DNA of 52,988 bases from an uncultured Planctomycetaceae bacterium. Its GTDB lineage: Bacteria; Planctomycetota; Phycisphaerae; UBA1845; UTPLA1. Under the pieces are notes generated by a model. It ran no database searches and was not told where the DNA came from. It saw only the letters and a list, made by a program, of their open reading frames with translations. The position numbers were made by a program, and so were the translations under genes. The stretch is from assembly GCA_964416295.1 (NCBI GenBank), contig CAYQDV010000001.1, forward strand, positions 1 through 52,988, in the 5' to 3' direction. Positions 51,988 to 52,988 of this stretch are shown in pieces (positions within the stretch are counted from its first letter, which is position 1; each line of letters starts with the position of its first letter).

Positions 51988-52988
51988 ATGCCGGAATCGG
52001 ACCACCAGCCGGAAGGGCGCCAACAGAAGAGGCCCGATAAGCCTCAGCCTCCCCGCATGCGGATGTCGCGGGGTGTAATGAGCTGGGTGGGCTTCGTCCT
52101 GATCGCGGTGATGATCGCCATGATCATCCAGAACGGCTACACCCCTGCGACGAAGATCGATATCACGCGCTTCTGGAGCGATCTGGATGCCGGACACATC
52201 GAGAAGGTAATCCTCCGCGACGACGCGATCGAGGGCCTTTACAAGGAAGGCGCAGCGCGGGGCAAGACACGGCGTTTCCGTGCGGAATATCCGACTGTGC
52301 CGCAGTTCACGGAGCTGGAGGCCAAGATTCAGAAGGCCGCTCCCGGCGTCGAGGTCTCATTCGAGCCGAGCCAGACCCCGTGGATGAACATGCTCATCGG
52401 GATCATTCCCTGGATTCTGATCTTCGGTTTTCTGTGGTTCTTTGTCCTCCGTCAGTTGAGGGCATCGGCCGGCGGCCCCGGGGGCATGTTGGGGAGCTTC
52501 GGTCGCTCCCGTCACCGCGTCAGCAACAAGGAACTCACCAACGTCACGTTCCACGACGTCGCCGGGGTGCAGGAGGCTAAGGAAGAGGTCCTCGAAATCG
52601 TCGAGTTCCTCAAGAATCCCAAGAAGTTTCAGCGGCTGGGTGGGCGGATCCCGCGCGGTGTGTTGCTCGTTGGTGCGCCGGGCTGCGGCAAGACGCTGCT
52701 GGCCAAGGCCATTGCCGGTGAAGCGGACGTCCCCTTTTTCTCGATCAGCGGCGCTGACTTCGTCGAGATGTTCGTGGGCGTCGGGGCGTCGCGTGTCCGC
52801 GACCTGTTCCGCTCGGCCAAGGAGAACTCGCCGTGCATCGTTTTTCTCGATGAGATCGACGCGGTCGGCCGCCGCCGCGGCGCGGCCTATGGCGGTGGGG
52901 GGCATGACGAGCGGGAGCAGACGCTTAATGCGATTCTTGTCGAGATGGACGGATTCGACACCTCGGATCAGGTGATCGTGATCGCCGC
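51988..52988 (+). CDS. ftsH: ATP-dependent zinc metalloprotease FtsH (5' part; runs off window end)
   Basis: Open-ended, so absent from the ORF track. My translation from ATG 51988 gives two TM segments, then [87 protein letters not shown]...[15 protein letters not shown]. Confidence 0.93.
   Translation, partial: MPESDHQPEGRQQKRPDKPQPPRMRMSRGVMSWVGFVLIAVMIAMIIQNGYTPATKIDITRFWSDLDAGHIEKVILRDDAIEGLYKEGAARGKTRRFRAEYPTVPQFTELEAKIQKAAPGVEVSFEPSQTPWMNMLIGIIPWILIFGFLWFFVLRQLRASAGGPGGMLGSFGRSRHRVSNKELTNVTFHDVAGVQEAKEEVLEIVEFLKNPKKFQRLGGRIPRGVLLVGAPGCGKTLLAKAIAGEADVPFFSISGADFVEMFVGVGASRVRDLFRSAKENSPCIVFLDEIDAVGRRRGAAYGGGGHDEREQTLNAILVEMDGFDTSDQVIVIA

Noticed and set aside
1-52988. Looked for tRNA/rRNA genes, CRISPR arrays, transposases, integrases, phage genes and toxin-antitoxin pairs.
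   Set aside because: I saw no T-loop/acceptor-like tRNA structures, no rRNA-like stretches, no spaced direct-repeat arrays and no recombinase-like ORFs. The window looks like core chromosome rather than a mobile island. A proper tRNAscan or Rfam scan was not possible here.

Overview
Visibly GC-rich chromosomal segment. I recognised no rRNA, tRNA, CRISPR array, transposase or integrase. Gene content and protein architectures suggest a Planctomycetota/PVC-like organism, but that is inference only.

Layout:
(1) 1-10.1 kb, minus strand: respiratory complex I operon nuoG-H-I-J-K-L-M-N. nuoN runs off the window edge.
(2) 10.6-19.7 kb: envelope housekeeping genes (lptB, an unusually long signal peptidase I, a DAG-kinase-family lipid kinase), then two large uncharacterised proteins (a 679-aa secreted protein and an 813-aa membrane-anchored TPR protein).
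(3) about 19.8-46.9 kb, all plus strand: one contiguous flagellar super-cluster. In order: flgN-like chaperone, soluble histidine kinase, NtrC-type sigma54 activator, a near-consensus sigma54 promoter, flgB flgC fliE fliF fliG fliH fliI fliJ, a motE/ylxF-like gene, fliK flgD flgE flbD, then a 280-nt break, then fliL, an extended fliN, fliO fliP fliQ fliR flhB flhA flhF flhG, a small 2-TM ORF, fliA (sigma28) and a small acidic ORF.
(4) Right end: a GT-C (PMT/ArnT-like) glycosyltransferase (minus strand), a degenerate hydantoinase-like ORF, a BamD-like protein (minus strand), an LptE-like lipoprotein and ftsH (3' partial).

Most interesting observations:
- The flagellar gene order mirrors the Bacillus fla/che and spirochaete flgB operons, but fliM and motAB are missing from their canonical slots.
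- The single FliN-domain protein carries three tandem copies of the CheY-docking LSQxDIDAAL peptide on a long acidic linker.
- A TGGCAT-N5-TTGCAT sigma54 promoter sits directly between the sigma54 activator gene and flgB.
- A second, orphan copy of the same promoter variant lies in a 520-nt non-coding gap.
- A perfect CRP-type TGTGA-N6-TCACA palindrome lies upstream of nuoG.
- Tandem heptamer repeats and a 21/22 long hairpin lie inside the nuoI-nuoJ spacer, and a second heptamer array lies between flgB and flgC.
- The GT-C ORF lacks a stop codon until it has read antisense through a fliA-coupled acidic ORF and the fliA 3' end.

Most long minus-strand ORFs opposite the flagellar genes are Arg/Ser/Pro-rich shadow frames and are rejected.
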